DNA from: Mustelus asterias
Lineage: Eukaryota
DNA: 64,000 nucleotides
Reading direction: 5' to 3'
Assembly (NCBI RefSeq): GCF_964213995.1
Contig: NC_135801.1
Location: 108,252,001-108,316,000 of the forward strand
In this document: positions 60,581-64,000 of the stretch, piece after piece
How positions within the stretch are numbered: position 1 is the stretch's first letter
Layout: each line of letters starts with the position of its first letter
Program-made: the position numbers and the translations under genes
The notes under the pieces: generated by a model
Told to the model about the DNA's origin: nothing
What the model saw: only the letters and a program-made list of their open reading frames with translations
Databases searched by the model: none

Positions 60581-62358
60581 GTGCCCTGGATAAATGTTCG
60601 TACTCATTCTTAAAGTCGTTTAATTTTGAAATACATGACAAGTTCTCTTAGCTGTTTGTACTTGTGCTAGCTCTCTAAAAGGTCAAATCACTTCATCCTT
60701 ATTTCGCTCATCTTACTCCTCTTCTTTTCACCCATTTTCTCCAAAATATTTACCTGTTCTCCTGTTAAAAAGCGATTATCTCTCTTGGAGAATATTCTGT
60801 ATGCCAATAATTATCTGCATAAAAGTTTTCTCCTAGCCCTATCCTTTATCCTTTTGGTGAGCTTAAATTTCATTTTCTCTTTTTAAAATTTCTGCCCCAA
60901 CATTACCAATTAACCTGCTGATCAGTGGATACAATTTTGCCCTGTGCACTTTATTGAAACTCCTCATAATTTGGAACACTATCAGAAATCCTCTTAACCT
61001 TACCTGCTTTAATGAAAGGACCCTAGTTTCTCCAGTCCCTATCTCTTACTAAAAGGTTCTCAGATTTGATATCATCATGGATGAATCCCTTGCCCACCCT
61101 CACACCGTGATCTTGACAATTTTCCTAAATGTGCCAAAAACTAGATAAAATATACTAACTTGTGGCTTAACAAATTATTTGTCTAAGTTTAGCTTTAACT
61201 CAGTCTTTAAAATGAACATGCAATTTATAAAACATGTCATTTTTGAAGATACATTGGAACTTCTAATATCTCTATGCTCCTTTAAAAGATTTATCATTTA
61301 ATGTGCATGTCTCCTTAGTATTCTCCCTCCCAGAATGTGTGATCTCACATTTTCTGCAGTCTCTTTCATGTCATTTGTCTTTCAAATCAAACCTGCTATG
61401 GCCTCCTTATGTTTTATGTTCCTTTTTGCATTATCAAGACATTTTATATTGTACCCCTGATAACTAATTCTAATTTATTTGTAAATGGGAGAGCAAAAAT
61501 CTTAACAATGAGCCCTGAGGAAAACAATTGGTTAGGCTTTTCCTGTCCAAAAGCTTCCTTACCATAGAATCCCTACAGTGCAGAAGGATGCCATTCAGCC
61601 CATTAAGTCTGCAGTGACTCTCCAAAAGAGCATTTTACCCAGGTTTATCCAAATTTAACATTTTCTTTAATACCATGTTCCCAATTATATCACCATGCCT
61701 CCAATGAAGCCCACATCAAACACCTTTGAAAATCCAAATGCACATTACCTACTGGATTCCTAGTATCAAAACACTTATTTCCTCAAAAGGTTATCTTGAA
61801 TTTGATAGACACAACTTTAAAAAGTAATGTGTTTGCTTAATAAACCCATGTCTTCCCTCATCATCTCTAGCGGCTTATCAAATACTAATGTTAGCAATAC
61901 TCTGAATTTCACATAAATATTCAATGTGATTAATTCACAGATGAAGTTGTATATTGGAGTTAAATGTCTTTAATTTTGAAGACCCAAGTTGTATGAACTT
62001 ATTCTGAAAAAAGTGTCAAACTGCCAACCACTTCACTGAAGGTGATTCTGCTTTTTCTCATCTTGAATGCTGATGGGCTTGTCATCTGTGTATTCTTTTT
62101 GAATCTTTACTTTCTATTGATTATGTCTAAAATATCATTTAGGTATAAAAATAGGTGTCCAGTATCAGCAAATAAAGCAAACCAATTACTAAATGAATCT
62201 AGGTTTGATTTGAGGTAGATATTGTTATGTGTTTTTACATAGTGATCAGAGGCTTTGGAACTTAATAAATCATTTACAATGAATCTTTTGATAGGAGTAA
62301 TCAGTTAACAAAGCACTAAATTTTGTGCATGTATTCCTGAGTTACAGTTAACTTAATT

Positions 62359-63607
62359 AAGAACATAAAAACATAAGAAATAGGAGCAGGAGTAGGCCAT
62401 CTAGCCACTCGAGCCCGCCCCGCCATTCAATAAGATCATGGCTGATCTGAAGTGGATCAGTTCCACTTACCCGCCTGATCCCTATAACCCCTAATTCCCT
62501 TACCGATCAGGAATCCATCTATCCGTGATTTAAACATTTTCAACGAGGTTGCCTCCACCACTTCAGTGGGCAGAGAATTCCAGAGATTCACCACCCTCTG
62601 AGAGAAGTTGTTCCTCCTCAACTCTGTCCTAAACTGACCCCCCTTTATTTTGAGGCTGTGCCCTCTAGTTCTAGCTTCCTTTCTAAGTGGAAAGAATCTC
62701 TCCACCTCTACCCTATCCAGCCCCTTCATTATCTTCCTGGTCTCTATAAGATCCCCCCTCAGCCTTCTAAATTCCAACGAGTACAAACCCAATCTGCTCA
62801 GTCTCTCCTCATAATCAACACCCCTCATCTCTGGTATCAACCTGGTGAACCTTCTCTGCACTCCCTCAAAGGCCAATATATCCTTCCGCAAATAAGGGGA
62901 CCAATACTGCACACAGTATTCCAGCTGCGGCCTCACCAATGCCCTGTACAGATGCAGCAAGACATCTCTGCTTTTATATCCTATCCCCCTTGCGATATAG
63001 GCCAACATCCCATTTGCCTTCTTGATCACCTGTTGCACCTGCAGACTGGGTTTTTGCGTCGCATGCACAAGGACCCCCAGGTCCCTTTGCACAGTAGCAT
63101 GTTGTAATTTTTTTCCATTTAGATAATAATCCAATTTGCTATTATTTCCTCCAAAGTGAATAACCTCGCATTTGTCAACGTTATACTCCATCTGCCGGAT
63201 CCTCGCCCACTCACTCAGCCTGTCCAAATCTCTCTGCAGACCTTCTACGCCCTCCACACGATTCACTTTTCCACTTATCTTTGTGTCGTCTGCAAACTTT
63301 GTTACCCTACACTCAGTCCCCTCCTCCAGATCGTCTATATAAATGGTAAATAGTTGAGGCCCCAGTACCGATCCCTGCGGCACGCCACTAGTTACCATCC
63401 GCCAACCAGAAAAGCACCCATTTATTCCGACTCTCTGCTTCTTGTCGGATAGCCAATCCCCAATCCACACTAACACCCTACCCCCAACTCCGTGTGACCC
63501 AATCTTCTTCAGCAACCTTTTGTGAGGCACCTTATCAAACGCCTTTTGGAAATTCAAAAACAGCGCATCCACCGGTTCCCCTCCGTCAACCGCATTAGTC
63601 ACATCTT
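62359..63607 (-). mobile_element. Young CR1 LINE 3' fragment with open RT frame
   Basis: ORF 62457-63650 without stops (FQKAFDKVPH, KFADD, RPQLEYC); possible TSD ttaatt. Confidence 0.93.
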
Positions 63608-64000
63608 TTAATTGATTAAAAGGATCATATATCAAGTTATATATTTGCATGAAAATTAAGTTTAATTGTAGGAAAAGTATTAATTACTAGTACAATGCCA
63701 TTAACATGGCACTATATTTCACATAGATTAAATATTGCAAGTAAAGAGAGTGTTACAATTAAGTGGACCAGGTCAAAACTGCTCAAGTAGTGTGAAAAGA
63801 CTGCCCCAATTCACTGTGCACCCAGTGCATTGAAAAACTATTTCGTATTCAGACTCATGCTCTGTTCTGGTAACAGCCCTCATCCTACCATGTAACTTAA
63901 AGGCACATGGAAAATTTGGCAAGTATAGTGAAGGTGTAAGAATATTGATGGAAAATAAAAATTCATGAAAAACCTAAAGAAACCAAACAAAATACAAGAT

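Noticed and set aside
58085-64000. Preceding ATP8A1 exon (ending ...YELIEK)
   Set aside because: No matching sequence seen; probably beyond the window end.
1-64000. CRISPR arrays, operons, true tRNA or rRNA genes
   Set aside because: Vertebrate intronic DNA; no regularly spaced repeats; tRNA-like boxes belong to SINE heads.

Overview
Eukaryotic genomic DNA, almost certainly from an elasmobranch (shark), judged by dense HE1-type V-SINEs and partner CR1 LINEs. The whole window lies inside one large minus-strand gene, the P4-ATPase phospholipid flippase ATP8A1. Five consecutive coding exons (139, 65, 173, 184, 111 nt; all GT-AG; phases fit) splice into 224 in-frame residues covering the P-domain TGDKQETA and GDGANDV motifs. 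The introns are stacked with nested mobile elements: CR1 LINEs, a second CR1/L2-group LINE family, Rex1/Babar fragments, HE1 SINEs, a DeuSINE (SacSINE1-like), Harbinger-like MITEs, a Gmr1-like Gypsy fragment and a decayed Vingi-like endonuclease. Best second-look signals: (1) five tiny Penelope-like (PLE) insertions with 8-15 bp target-site duplications, four internally inverted (one a perfect 57-bp hairpin), whose hammerhead-ribozyme motifs read on the ATP8A1 pre-mRNA strand, one with an intact core; (2) two inverted Rex1 fragments 3 kb apart sharing the same 5' breakpoint and the same non-LINE head; (3) a V-SINE subfamily that seems to carry a Rex1-like tail instead of the CR1 tail. Family names are from recognised motifs, not database searches.
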